Source: an uncultured virus (IMG/VR IMGVR_UViG_3300030616_000579) (Duplodnaviria; Heunggongvirae; Uroviricota; Caudoviricetes). From it: 64,000 nt of DNA. This document shows positions 9,036 to 17,947 of this stretch, piece after piece. Position 1 is the stretch's first letter. Every line of letters starts with the position of its first letter. The notes below the pieces were generated by a model, which did not search any database, was not told the origin of the DNA, and saw only the letters and a program-made list of their open reading frames with translations. A program made the position numbers and the translations under genes. The stretch lies in IMG/VR virus record IMGVR_UViG_3300030616_000579. One strand, given 5' to 3'.

Positions 9036-10147
9036 CTTTTCATCTCCTTTATTTGTTGTTTCAAATAATCTCGTGTTCGTGAACACTCTTCCAAATAATT
9101 TTTCAATTCAATCTCCTCCTCATCTATCTCTTCAATATATTTTTTGTTATGTTTAATCTCCTCTTTGACAGTCACATTAGCAATAAACTCGTTCATATTC
9201 CGTGGTTTATCTTTATGCAGTTTTCTCAATGATACATTAATTTCAGGCCTTAGAAAAGGAAAGAAATGTCTTGTCGTTCGTGGTGGATATAAGTTACCAC
9301 TTCTTCCTCGTTCCACAACCTCTTCTTTTGATATCTTTGTATCACCGTGAACAAGTAATCGATGCATACGATGTGTTCCTACCCGTATATGCGGGTTATC
9401 ATAATCTACAGGAATAACTGGAACCTTTTGATATCCTGCTTCCATCAAAATGATATACCTATGAGAACCATCGAGAACAATGTTATATTTTTCATCTATA
9501 ATAAGTGGATATTTAATCATATCATCTCGAAATATCATTTCTTTTAAATGTTTTAAATGATTTGGAAATACTTTTTCCAGTGGTTTCAACTCTTCTATAT
9601 TTATTGTCTTGTAACTCATGTTCTTATACCCTCTCTTTATTAATTCATAATCTGTTAATACCAATATAGAACCAGAAAACATTGCAAAAAATCCTGTAAA
9701 CACTATAATACCTTGTAAATTTATAATAAGATACATCGTTGAAGCTATATCTGTCGAACCATCATACCAACTTAATCCACCAAAAAAACTTTGCAATCCA
9801 AACATTAACATATACATAAAGAAAAATGTAAGACCATATTTAATACACTTTTTTCCAAGAGAATACGTAACAACAAATGTTCTTGCTTTATCCAATGAAT
9901 AATTCATATTTGTAAACAAAAAAGTGCCCAAAAATGTCAAAGCTGTCATTAAAGGTATTTTCATCAAAAACAATATTGGAACGGTACTGTTGTTAAAACA
10001 ATTAGCAACATACCTATTTGCTTCAAACTCCATAAAATATTCAGAATCTATGTGTCTGTAATAGTAGTATGAAACACCTAAATCAAAAAATGCACCGATG
10101 CAAATAAACAATGATATCGTTACTGCTATTTTCCATTGATTTTTCAT
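9032..10147 (-). CDS. Four-TM domain in frame with a ParB/Srx-fold domain resembling SerK/SbnI kinases
   Basis: LKPLEKV...VLDGSHR...VDY...ISKEEVVER...YPPRTTRH; probable internal start at ATG 9619 after AGAGGG. Confidence 0.7.
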   Translation of the reverse strand: MKNQWKIAVTISLFICIGAFFDLGVSYYYYRHIDSEYFMEFEANRYVANCFNNSTVPILFLMKIPLMTALTFLGTFLFTNMNYSLDKARTFVVTYSLGKKCIKYGLTFFFMYMLMFGLQSFFGGLSWYDGSTDIASTMYLIINLQGIIVFTGFFAMFSGSILVLTDYELIKRGYKNMSYKTINIEELKPLEKVFPNHLKHLKEMIFRDDMIKYPLIIDEKYNIVLDGSHRYIILMEAGYQKVPVIPVDYDNPHIRVGTHRMHRLLVHGDTKISKEEVVERGRSGNLYPPRTTRHFFPFLRPEINVSLRKLHKDKPRNMNEFIANVTVKEEIKHNKKYIEEIDEEEIELKNYLEECSRTRDYLKQQIKEMKR

Positions 10148-10662
10148 TCATCTCCCTTTTCTTTCCACTTTAAATAAAACGCAATAGGCAAAATTAACAC
10201 AATTGCAATAACAAAGAATGATGTCCAACAAACTTGTGGTATATCTCCATAGTGTGATTCCCACAAAACATTATTTTCACAATCAACTATTTTGTCAATA
10301 TATGGCAACCATCTTCCTTGTGGTTCACCAAACTCTCTTGTAATAGCGTACTGAACTTCACTAGATGTATAATAAAACCCATACACCTTGCCTTCCTCCA
10401 AATTATCCTCCATGATATACTCACAATTATAATGAAACCACAACCAACCTTGTCCTTCTAACTTGATTTCAGTTGAACCATGATAACTACAACAAACAGG
10501 TTCTGAAATTTCATACTCCTCAAATACACCATACACCCATCCTTCTTCAAATTCACCATCTACGTTAACATTACTAATAGGAAAAATTACAAATATTCCA
10601 AGTAATCCTACAATAAGTAATCCTACAATAAGTGTAATAACTTGTGACATTATGCCCTCCAT
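10144..10662 (-). CDS. Membrane protein with TM at both ends
   Basis: Hydrophobic termini, acidic loop. Confidence 0.6.
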   Translation of the reverse strand: MEGIMSQVITLIVGLLIVGLLGIFVIFPISNVNVDGEFEEGWVYGVFEEYEISEPVCCSYHGSTEIKLEGQGWLWFHYNCEYIMEDNLEEGKVYGFYYTSSEVQYAITREFGEPQGRWLPYIDKIVDCENNVLWESHYGDIPQVCWTSFFVIAIVLILPIAFYLKWKEKGDE

Positions 10663-11387
10663 ATATGTTTCTTATCAATCAATACATTACCATATCGGTA
10701 TTTTCTCACCACTGCACCACCAACATAATCACGTGATGGTGTCCTCCAATCACCATATCGAAATGCTAAATATTCCTCAGTTTGCTCGGGAATTTTAAAA
10801 TCCATACCATAAAACTCCAGAGTTTTTAACGTTCTGAAATACCTAACTGGAACTGCCGATTCAATGATAACCGAATCAATCTTATGATAAATCGTATTAA
10901 CTACTTTTTCCAGTACTTCTCTGTACGGCAAAATACTGAATATCTTAACAAATGCATCCATCAATGATACTGGCAAAACACCACCGTAACTCTTTTTCAC
11001 CTGCGAACTATTCAATCGAATCATCCACAATAACTGGTCAAGAAACCGCCCAACGAAATGGATGGGCATGATACATTCATAAACATGTTCACCAACAATG
11101 TTTGGATTGAGAACTATAAATTCTACCTCAATATCACCCTTCATCACTCCAACCAAATTGCCTTTCCTATATTCATAAATGTACCCATCCAGTTTTTTCA
11201 ACTCCTTTTCCACTCTACCAGTATCAATAAACCAAAATCCAATATCAATATCATTATCATGTTCAATGAACTTTTTATCACGAACGGCACCCAATAACGT
11301 ACCAACATCTAACCAAAAGGTAATATCTGCATCATCAAGTGTTTGTTTGATTTCCTTTAAAACTGCAATAGCACGTTCCTCATTCAA
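10650..11387 (-). CDS. licD: LicD-family phosphotransferase
   Basis: FWLDVGTLLGAVRDKKFIEHDNDIDI; EEYLAFRYGDWRTP. Confidence 0.9.
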   Translation of the reverse strand: MNEERAIAVLKEIKQTLDDADITFWLDVGTLLGAVRDKKFIEHDNDIDIGFWFIDTGRVEKELKKLDGYIYEYRKGNLVGVMKGDIEVEFIVLNPNIVGEHVYECIMPIHFVGRFLDQLLWMIRLNSSQVKKSYGGVLPVSLMDAFVKIFSILPYREVLEKVVNTIYHKIDSVIIESAVPVRYFRTLKTLEFYGMDFKIPEQTEEYLAFRYGDWRTPSRDYVGGAVVRKYRYGNVLIDKKHIWRA

Positions 11388-12226
11388 TGTCTCCTCACCT
11401 CATACCACGGAACCTCTTTGATTACTTTTGTTCTTTTACCACCGTGTGAGTACCGCCCACCTTCGCCTAGTCTTTCACCGTGGTCACTTGTTATAACAAC
11501 ATTCCTATCAGGATAATCATCAATGATACCCTTGCACAATTTTAACATCATCAACAAGTCTTCACAATACCCCTTTACAATTCCTCCTTTTCCATGTTCC
11601 AACCACAAATGATTCAACCAATTCTCAGGTGGAAACCCAAGTTTTTTGCACACGTTCCAATATGTTTCATCACTAATAACTTCATAGAGTACCTTTCTCA
11701 AATTTCCTTTTATTTTTTGTTTGTACTCTCCACTAACAAATCCTCTCTTTAACCAATAGATATATGGGTCGTGAATTTGAATGAACTTTACAACTACTCT
11801 GTGACCACTCCTATCAAGATGATAACGCAATGCCTGATTAACTGTCTCAGGATAAATCAAACCTGGTTCAACCCATCCTTCAGTATATACATCCAAAACC
11901 CACTTAAAATATTTCGACACATCAATAGTATTACCATGTTTTATTTTATTTGACACATCATGAATTGAGTCTGTAATAGGTTCAGTACAAATAAATGTAG
12001 CATCAAATCCTTCTCCAAAGTTATTCATAATCCAACCAAACGTAAACGTTGTAGAAGTGATAGCCTTCTGAAGACTGCCACCAACTAAAATATCTTTGTA
12101 ATATTTCTGAAAGTAATCATATCGACATGCATCAATTACTAACAGAATATCCCAATTTGTATTATGAATTAGTTCTTTTTGGTTTTCACTCCTCTCCAAC
12201 AAGCAGGGTCTCCTCCAAAGAAACAT
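11384..12226 (-). CDS. Alkaline phosphatase/sulfatase-superfamily protein (start uncertain)
   Basis: LLVIDACRYD, IHDPY, ITSDHGERLGE, SHG, EVPW. Confidence 0.8.
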   Translation of the reverse strand: MFLWRRPCLLERSENQKELIHNTNWDILLVIDACRYDYFQKYYKDILVGGSLQKAITSTTFTFGWIMNNFGEGFDATFICTEPITDSIHDVSNKIKHGNTIDVSKYFKWVLDVYTEGWVEPGLIYPETVNQALRYHLDRSGHRVVVKFIQIHDPYIYWLKRGFVSGEYKQKIKGNLRKVLYEVISDETYWNVCKKLGFPPENWLNHLWLEHGKGGIVKGYCEDLLMMLKLCKGIIDDYPDRNVVITSDHGERLGEGGRYSHGGKRTKVIKEVPWYEVRRH

Positions 12227-13413
12227 TCAGGGTCTAAGTTCTTAACATTATATTCGCCTTCATCGTCAAACGCAGAGTCGTCATAAGAACGTGTCCTACA
12301 TCCATAACATAATCCTTTTGCAGACATTTCACAATTATCAGGACTGCACTTGCCATCTTTATGTAGTTCACTATACATATTTCTAAATCGATTTATTACT
12401 GGATTTTGTATAATATCCCTCAGTTTTTTCTTTCTGATGTCTCCTAATGCCCAATGGTCTGGTGCTTCAGAACAAGGAACAACAATACCATCAGCACGAA
12501 TATGTACTCCACCGTGATGCCGTGAACATGCTTTGTTTTCAATCCAAGGCATTTTTGGATACCACTGAATATCAAACTCTTCCCTATCAATCATAGCTAA
12601 CTTCTCAAATAGTTCTTTGATATCCAATGGACTAAGGTTTGTTTTTCCTTCTTTTGTTGTTCTATCTAATCCTAACTCTTCAGCTCCTTCCTTCTGTAAT
12701 CTTCCGTGGACATGAACAGGAATAATAAAAGGTTTAAATCCATGTGAACGTGACCAACGATACAAATCATCAACTTCATCATAATTTCTTGGTGTTACAA
12801 CAGTATTCGTTGATATTGTTGGGCTCCCAGGTTTTCCATATCCTGCATTAATAAGACTGTTGTATCCTTTTTCCATCAACGTATAGCCACCTTTCGTACA
12901 CAACAATTCATCTTGCAACACTGGATTGATAGAATCCAACTTACAACACAATCCAACACCAAGATTATACAGAACCTTTGCACCTTCATCATCTATCAAT
13001 GATACATTTGTAAAACTCACTATATCAAGTGGAATTTTTGCTTTCTTATATTCATCAACGATGTACTGTATAAAGTGATAAATTGCACTTCCATGTTTTC
13101 CTGTCCAATCTTTTGGATGCCAAAAGAACGGTTCCCCTCCTTGAATATTAATAATAGGAACTTTCATATCTATACACTGTTGTACAATATCTTTTGCTTC
13201 TTCCATTGTAAATTCTGGTAAGTCACCAGGAGCTGAATTTGCATAACAATATGAACACCTGAAATTACATTTCTGTGTAACCATAATATCAACAGATAAT
13301 AACTCTGCACCTTCCTCTCTCAACTGTTTAACAATATCTCTCGTCATTCCAGCCATTCCTGGAAACAGAGTAATACCTTTCTTTTCTCTAATTTTTTCAT
13401 CACTTATTGCCAT
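12169..13413 (-). CDS. Radical SAM/SPASM protein
   Basis: CNFRCSYC, GGEP; C-terminal C...DGIVVPC...C...CYGC...C...C. Confidence 0.9.
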   Translation of the reverse strand: MAISDEKIREKKGITLFPGMAGMTRDIVKQLREEGAELLSVDIMVTQKCNFRCSYCYANSAPGDLPEFTMEEAKDIVQQCIDMKVPIINIQGGEPFFWHPKDWTGKHGSAIYHFIQYIVDEYKKAKIPLDIVSFTNVSLIDDEGAKVLYNLGVGLCCKLDSINPVLQDELLCTKGGYTLMEKGYNSLINAGYGKPGSPTISTNTVVTPRNYDEVDDLYRWSRSHGFKPFIIPVHVHGRLQKEGAEELGLDRTTKEGKTNLSPLDIKELFEKLAMIDREEFDIQWYPKMPWIENKACSRHHGGVHIRADGIVVPCSEAPDHWALGDIRKKKLRDIIQNPVINRFRNMYSELHKDGKCSPDNCEMSAKGLCYGCRTRSYDDSAFDDEGEYNVKNLDPECFFGGDPACWRGVKTKKN

Positions 13414-13829
13414 TATTTTCCTCCTTTTATTTTTTGTTTTATATATGTTGATGAAGTCAACGGATAATATGGTGTTACAATAACACGACCATTGATTTTC
13501 GTCATATAATCTTCAACTCTTTTAATATGGTCTGGTTCATGGCTATCTGATTCCATCACCACATCTGGTTTTAGCCTATACAGATTTGGAAGTGGAGAAT
13601 ATGTTTCTTGTGGAACAACTAAATCTACAAACCTAATTGCATTTGCTAAATCTACTCGTTCATCAAAAGAAAGAATAGGTTTTGATTTTTTCTCCATTAC
13701 TGCCTCATCGGTTAAAATACCAACGATTGACCGTCCTTCTTTACCTGCAGTTCTTTTTGCATTCATCATTTGAATAAGGTGTCCTTTATGCACCAAATCC
13801 AATACATAATAACTATACACGATTTTCAT
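13413..13829 (-). CDS. Stand-alone cytidylyltransferase (TagD-like)
   Basis: DLVHKGH, VGILTDEAV, SSTYIK; paralogous to the N-terminus of the adjacent PepM fusion. Confidence 0.85.
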   Translation of the reverse strand: MKIVYSYYVLDLVHKGHLIQMMNAKRTAGKEGRSIVGILTDEAVMEKKSKPILSFDERVDLANAIRFVDLVVPQETYSPLPNLYRLKPDVVMESDSHEPDHIKRVEDYMTKINGRVIVTPYYPLTSSTYIKQKIKGGK

Positions 13830-15116
13830 TTATGTTCTCTCCATTAACTTAAATAATTCTTTAACATCACAACATTTTTGTTTCACATTACAACATTCCA
13901 TTATCAGAATATCCTCTGCAACATCTTTCATTGCTTGATAACTACTACGAATTAGGTGGTTTGCGTAAATAACAACATTCACACCAAAAATCTTCATTTC
14001 TTTTTCTGTAAACGTACAGTATGTCGTTGGTACAATAATCAACGGTACTCGTTTTTTAAATTTATTATACTCTGTAGCAAACTGTATTACCTCAGATGCA
14101 CTCTGTTCCTTACTGTGAATCATTATACCGTCTGTACCTGCTTCAATATATGCTTTTGCCCTCTTTAACGCATCATCAAGTCCATCTCCTGCAATAAATG
14201 ATTCTATCCTTGCAAATATCATAAAATCATCAGTAATTTGTGCATCTTTACCTGCACGTATTTTTTCACAAAACTTTTTGATAGTTTCACGTTCATGTTT
14301 AGCATTAGGCATCAAGGAATTGATTTTTGGAAACTTCTTGTCTTCAATGATAATCGCAGAAACACCTAACCGTTCCAATGTACGAACAATAAACTCAAAA
14401 TGTTCTCTTTGCCCTCCTGTATCACCATCAACAATAATCGGTTTTGTTGTTACCTCAAGAATCTCATTAATTGTTTGCACTCGTGAGGTAAAATCAACTA
14501 ATTCAATATCTGGTTTACCCTTAGAGGCTGAATCAGTAAATGATGATTCCCAGATTGCATCAAATTGTTTCCCGTTGTGATTGATATCTTCAACAATTTT
14601 AGCTGATAGACCACTATGTGCTTCCATCACACGAACAATTGGTTTAACATTAATTAATCTCCTCAACATATTCATTCGTTGTTCTGGAGTAACACCGTTT
14701 TTTCTAAAATCTTCAATAATAACTGTGGAAGAGATGCCCTTGGTATAGGGCACCTCAATAAGTTTACCACCCCACTCTTCCAAGACATCAATAACTTGCT
14801 GTCTTGTTTCTTTCTGAATTCCCGTCCTCCAGTCATCCCCGTTCACAACAAAATCAGGCTTCAGTTTACGAAGGTTTGGTCTGTAATCTAATGTTTCCTG
14901 TGGTAGTATCATATGTATGTCTTTTAAACTTTCTGCAATTATCTTTCTTTTTTCATATGACAATGATGGAACTCTTTTGTAACTTGCAACTGCTTCGTCT
15001 GTCATTAAACCAATAATAACCTTTCCATGTTTTTTGCATTCATTTATGATGTTCAGATGACCATGATGTAAATGGTCAAGACACATCGCTGTATATACTA
15101 TCTTATTTGATTGCAT
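13830..15116 (-). CDS. pepM: Cytidylyltransferase-phosphoenolpyruvate mutase fusion
   Basis: N-terminal DHLHHGH domain; EAHSGLSA, DGDTG, EDKKFPKINS (EDK-x5-NS PepM signature), ARIES, IHSK, IVPTTY, YANHLIR. Confidence 0.95.
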   Translation of the reverse strand: MQSNKIVYTAMCLDHLHHGHLNIINECKKHGKVIIGLMTDEAVASYKRVPSLSYEKRKIIAESLKDIHMILPQETLDYRPNLRKLKPDFVVNGDDWRTGIQKETRQQVIDVLEEWGGKLIEVPYTKGISSTVIIEDFRKNGVTPEQRMNMLRRLINVKPIVRVMEAHSGLSAKIVEDINHNGKQFDAIWESSFTDSASKGKPDIELVDFTSRVQTINEILEVTTKPIIVDGDTGGQREHFEFIVRTLERLGVSAIIIEDKKFPKINSLMPNAKHERETIKKFCEKIRAGKDAQITDDFMIFARIESFIAGDGLDDALKRAKAYIEAGTDGIMIHSKEQSASEVIQFATEYNKFKKRVPLIIVPTTYCTFTEKEMKIFGVNVVIYANHLIRSSYQAMKDVAEDILIMECCNVKQKCCDVKELFKLMERT

Positions 15117-15579
15117 CCATAAATCTCTCCTTTATTTTTTTATGTGATATACCTATCCGTGGTACATCACTTCCACCTCGTTTTACAAAAATAACTTTGC
15201 AATCACAAAGTAATCTAAAATCAATGGCATCACTGCAGGTTTTCTGTCCTCCAGTTGATTGATATTCATTGTTATCCAAAATAAATAACTTGAGATTTTT
15301 AACTTTATCTTCTTTTTGCAATTTATTTAATAATACAAGAGTATCAAGATTCATTAATATCTCTCCATCTCCTGCAATAACAACAACAACCATATCTGGT
15401 TTCGACAATGCTAGCCCGATACCTATACCTAATGATGCACCCATTGAACCCTGGACATAAAAATTTCTAGGTCTATCTTTAATTGCATATGTTTCTCTTG
15501 AAATCTTTCCTGCTGATGTTACAACAATTTCATCAGTCACTTGATTCATTATGTTTTGTATTGCGTTTTCTCTCCTCAT
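15103..15579 (-). CDS. ppd: Phosphonopyruvate decarboxylase, TPP-binding (beta) subunit
   Basis: FYVQGSMG, GDGEILMN...DNNEYQSTGGQ; adjacent to pepM; start at ATG 15579 inferred. Confidence 0.85.
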   Translation of the reverse strand: MRRENAIQNIMNQVTDEIVVTSAGKISRETYAIKDRPRNFYVQGSMGASLGIGIGLALSKPDMVVVVIAGDGEILMNLDTLVLLNKLQKEDKVKNLKLFILDNNEYQSTGGQKTCSDAIDFRLLCDCKVIFVKRGGSDVPRIGISHKKIKERFMDAIK

Positions 15580-15721
15580 AATAATCACTAAACACATCAT
15601 GTTGGTCAATCAGTTTTCCTTGACATACTGGACAAGTTAACGTCCACGGTGGTTGTGGTCGTTTAAAAGATACTGTAAACTCTACTCTACAATCCCCACA
15701 ATGACAACTTACATGAATCAT
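15533..15721 (-). CDS. Zinc-ribbon microprotein
   Basis: CHCGDC...CPVC. Confidence 0.55.
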   Translation of the reverse strand: MIHVSCHCGDCRVEFTVSFKRPQPPWTLTCPVCQGKLIDQHDVFSDYYEERKRNTKHNESSD

Positions 15722-15725
15722 ACTA

Positions 15726-15860
15726 TCAATCCTGGTCTACGTTTTCTGTTCCTCTTCTAGTAGTTGAATAACCACACTCTGAGCAATATCGTTCATACAT
15801 TTCATTTAACTTATACGTCATTTTTCCACACCCTGGGCATTTAATCACATCAGACGACAT
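15726..15860 (-). CDS. Zinc-ribbon microprotein (44 aa, not in ORF track)
   Basis: Hand translation MSSDVIKCPGCGKMTYKLNEMYERYCSECGYSTTRRGTENVDQD; GGAGG RBS. Confidence 0.6.
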   Translation of the reverse strand: MSSDVIKCPGCGKMTYKLNEMYERYCSECGYSTTRRGTENVDQD

Positions 15861-16194
15861 GTTCTGCCTCCTGTTCGACAATATCAACATTATCATATTG
15901 TAACAATTCTAACAAATTATATGTTATATTTCCAATAAAACTATGATGATATGGTTGTTTTCTTATACTTAAAATCAATTTTGGAAAAGAAATCTCATAT
16001 GGTTTATACAAACTTGTAAGAATATCAATACATCGACCAAACCCTGAGTTCTGCATATATACTGTTGGTTCTTTCCCTGCAAGAATGCATCCACATGCAA
16101 CTGCAAATGCTTGTTCTTCAGATGTGCAATTGATGTCTACATCAGCTATTTTGTCTTTGATTCTACTACCTGGTATACCGAACTTCAAATTCAT
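15850..16194 (-). CDS. ppd: Phosphonopyruvate decarboxylase, pyrimidine-binding (alpha) subunit, short
   Basis: GIPGS, SEEQAFAVACG, VYMQNSGFG. Confidence 0.8.
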   Translation of the reverse strand: MNLKFGIPGSRIKDKIADVDINCTSEEQAFAVACGCILAGKEPTVYMQNSGFGRCIDILTSLYKPYEISFPKLILSIRKQPYHHSFIGNITYNLLELLQYDNVDIVEQEAEHVV

Positions 16195-16844
16195 GTTGTG
16201 TAACTCCTATATTTTTGCATTGGTGTTCTCCAATCCTCTCCATATCGCATTATCAATAGTTCTTCTGCTTTTCCTGGCACTTTTACCTTGAAATCATACA
16301 GTTCTGCATCACGTGTTTTACCACAAAAAAAGATAGGCAAAAACTGTCGTATCAATCGACAATGAAAACTGTTTTCTCTGTCTTCACCATCATCAGGGCG
16401 AATAAATTCGTTTGTACTTTTACTGTACAACTCTTGCGTTGCTTTGATAATACTTCTTCGTATAACACTTGGCAAATAATAACAAACCTTTGACAACATC
16501 ATTGTCACAGGATTCTCTGGAAACCAACTGAGACTCATTCCCACATATCCATGCTGTCGTTCTATACTGATATAATACTCTTTTATTTCTGATTCAATAT
16601 TATAAAATAATTTAAGGTACATTACAAGTTTTTTGATAGTGTTCTGATTGGTATACCTGAAGTTTATTTCAATATCAGTATCCCAAGGAATAAATGCCTG
16701 TCCTCTGATTGTTCCAAGTAAAGCACCATAGTCAAACCAGTAATCAATTCCCAATCTATCTAACACTCCTGTAATCATCAAAGCAGTTCGTTTTGCTTCT
16801 TCTTCGTTCATATAGTCTTCTTCAACGTTCTCTGATACTCTCAT
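16191..16844 (-). CDS. licD: LicD-family phosphotransferase
   Basis: YWFDYGALLGTIRGQAFIPWDTDIE; RYGEDWRTP. Confidence 0.88.
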   Translation of the reverse strand: MRVSENVEEDYMNEEEAKRTALMITGVLDRLGIDYWFDYGALLGTIRGQAFIPWDTDIEINFRYTNQNTIKKLVMYLKLFYNIESEIKEYYISIERQHGYVGMSLSWFPENPVTMMLSKVCYYLPSVIRRSIIKATQELYSKSTNEFIRPDDGEDRENSFHCRLIRQFLPIFFCGKTRDAELYDFKVKVPGKAEELLIMRYGEDWRTPMQKYRSYTT

Positions 16845-17947
16845 TCAATACCCATCTTTTTCAATACAACATCCATAACCAACAAAAATGAAGAGATATC
16901 TACACCATTGATATCTCCAATATTGCAGACCCTGAACGTATCTTTTATTGCACCATCATATATGGTATATCCCTTTTCGTACAACAATTTTTTAAACTGA
17001 ATAAAATCAAAATTTTTGTGTTGCAAATAATAAAATGTTTCTAATATTTTTGACCGTGGAACAGAATCGTCAAAGTAACTTTTGAACCCTGCACTATGCA
17101 TTCCATTTACTAACATTTCCCAGTTTCTAACATACCGTTTGTATCTGTTATTTATTCCTTCCTTAAACAACTCATCAAGTGCCTGACGCAGAGCATATAT
17201 CACTTGAACAGGTGGAGTAAAACGAAATTGCCCTGTCTTTTCAAAAAAAGCATGTTGTTGACCAAGATTAAAATAATACGATTGTGAATTCCACTTTATA
17301 TCCTTCAGATGGTCTTTTGAACAAATAACAAATGATATTCCTGACATTCCTTGAATGCATTTATTTGCTGTTCCAATAATATAATCAGCATCACTCAATG
17401 AAACAGGAACCGCAGAAAAACTTGAAATGCAATCTACTACAAGTGGAACGTTATATTTTTTAACAACATTTTTCACTCTTTTAATATCATTTAATCGCCC
17501 TGTCGATGTTTCATGATGTGTCATAAACACGGCACTAACATCAGGCACACTTCTAAGAAAGGTATCTAACCATTCAATGTCCAATTCACATTTCGTATGC
17601 ACTCTCTTATGTTCATTTCTTATATTCAGATAATTAGCAATTGAACCAAACCTATCACCATACATTCCGTTTGACAATGTTACACTACAACTGTTAAACA
17701 CCCCAGTAGAATCCTTATCTCTAGGAATTGAACACATACATGCTTCCATAGCTCCAGTACCAGAACTTCCAAATAACACTGCAGTGTGTTCCTTATACTT
17801 TCCTTTCGCCATTCTCACTAAATCTTTTCTAATAGATTTAACAACACCAACAAAATCATCTGTACGATGCCACTTATCTAACACCATTTTTTCTTTTACA
17901 GTGTTAGTTGTTGTTGCAGGCCCAGGTGTCAGTAATATATTCCTCAT
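16841..17947 (-). CDS. aepZ: 2-aminoethylphosphonate transaminase (class V PLP enzyme, AepZ/PhnW family)
   Basis: LLTPGPATT, GSSGT, NGMYG, HHETSTG, DCISSF, TANKCIQG, FRFTPP. Confidence 0.9.
   Translation of the reverse strand: MRNILLTPGPATTTNTVKEKMVLDKWHRTDDFVGVVKSIRKDLVRMAKGKYKEHTAVLFGSSGTGAMEACMCSIPRDKDSTGVFNSCSVTLSNGMYGDRFGSIANYLNIRNEHKRVHTKCELDIEWLDTFLRSVPDVSAVFMTHHETSTGRLNDIKRVKNVVKKYNVPLVVDCISSFSAVPVSLSDADYIIGTANKCIQGMSGISFVICSKDHLKDIKWNSQSYYFNLGQQHAFFEKTGQFRFTPPVQVIYALRQALDELFKEGINNRYKRYVRNWEMLVNGMHSAGFKSYFDDSVPRSKILETFYYLQHKNFDFIQFKKLLYEKGYTIYDGAIKDTFRVCNIGDINGVDISSFLLVMDVVLKKMGIE

Noticed and set aside
9032..10147. ParB partitioning protein
   Set aside because: No HTH and no ParA neighbour; motifs and context fit the SerK-like branch
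13830..15116. Isocitrate/methylisocitrate lyase
   Set aside because: Has the EDK-x5-NS PepM motif rather than the KKCGH lyase motif
15103..16194. ComDE sulfopyruvate decarboxylase (coenzyme M synthesis)
   Set aside because: Adjacent pepM and AEP transaminase and absence of comABC favour phosphonopyruvate decarboxylase
16841..17947. Catabolic PhnW for phosphonate utilisation
   Set aside because: No PhnX/PhnA or transporter; context is biosynthetic
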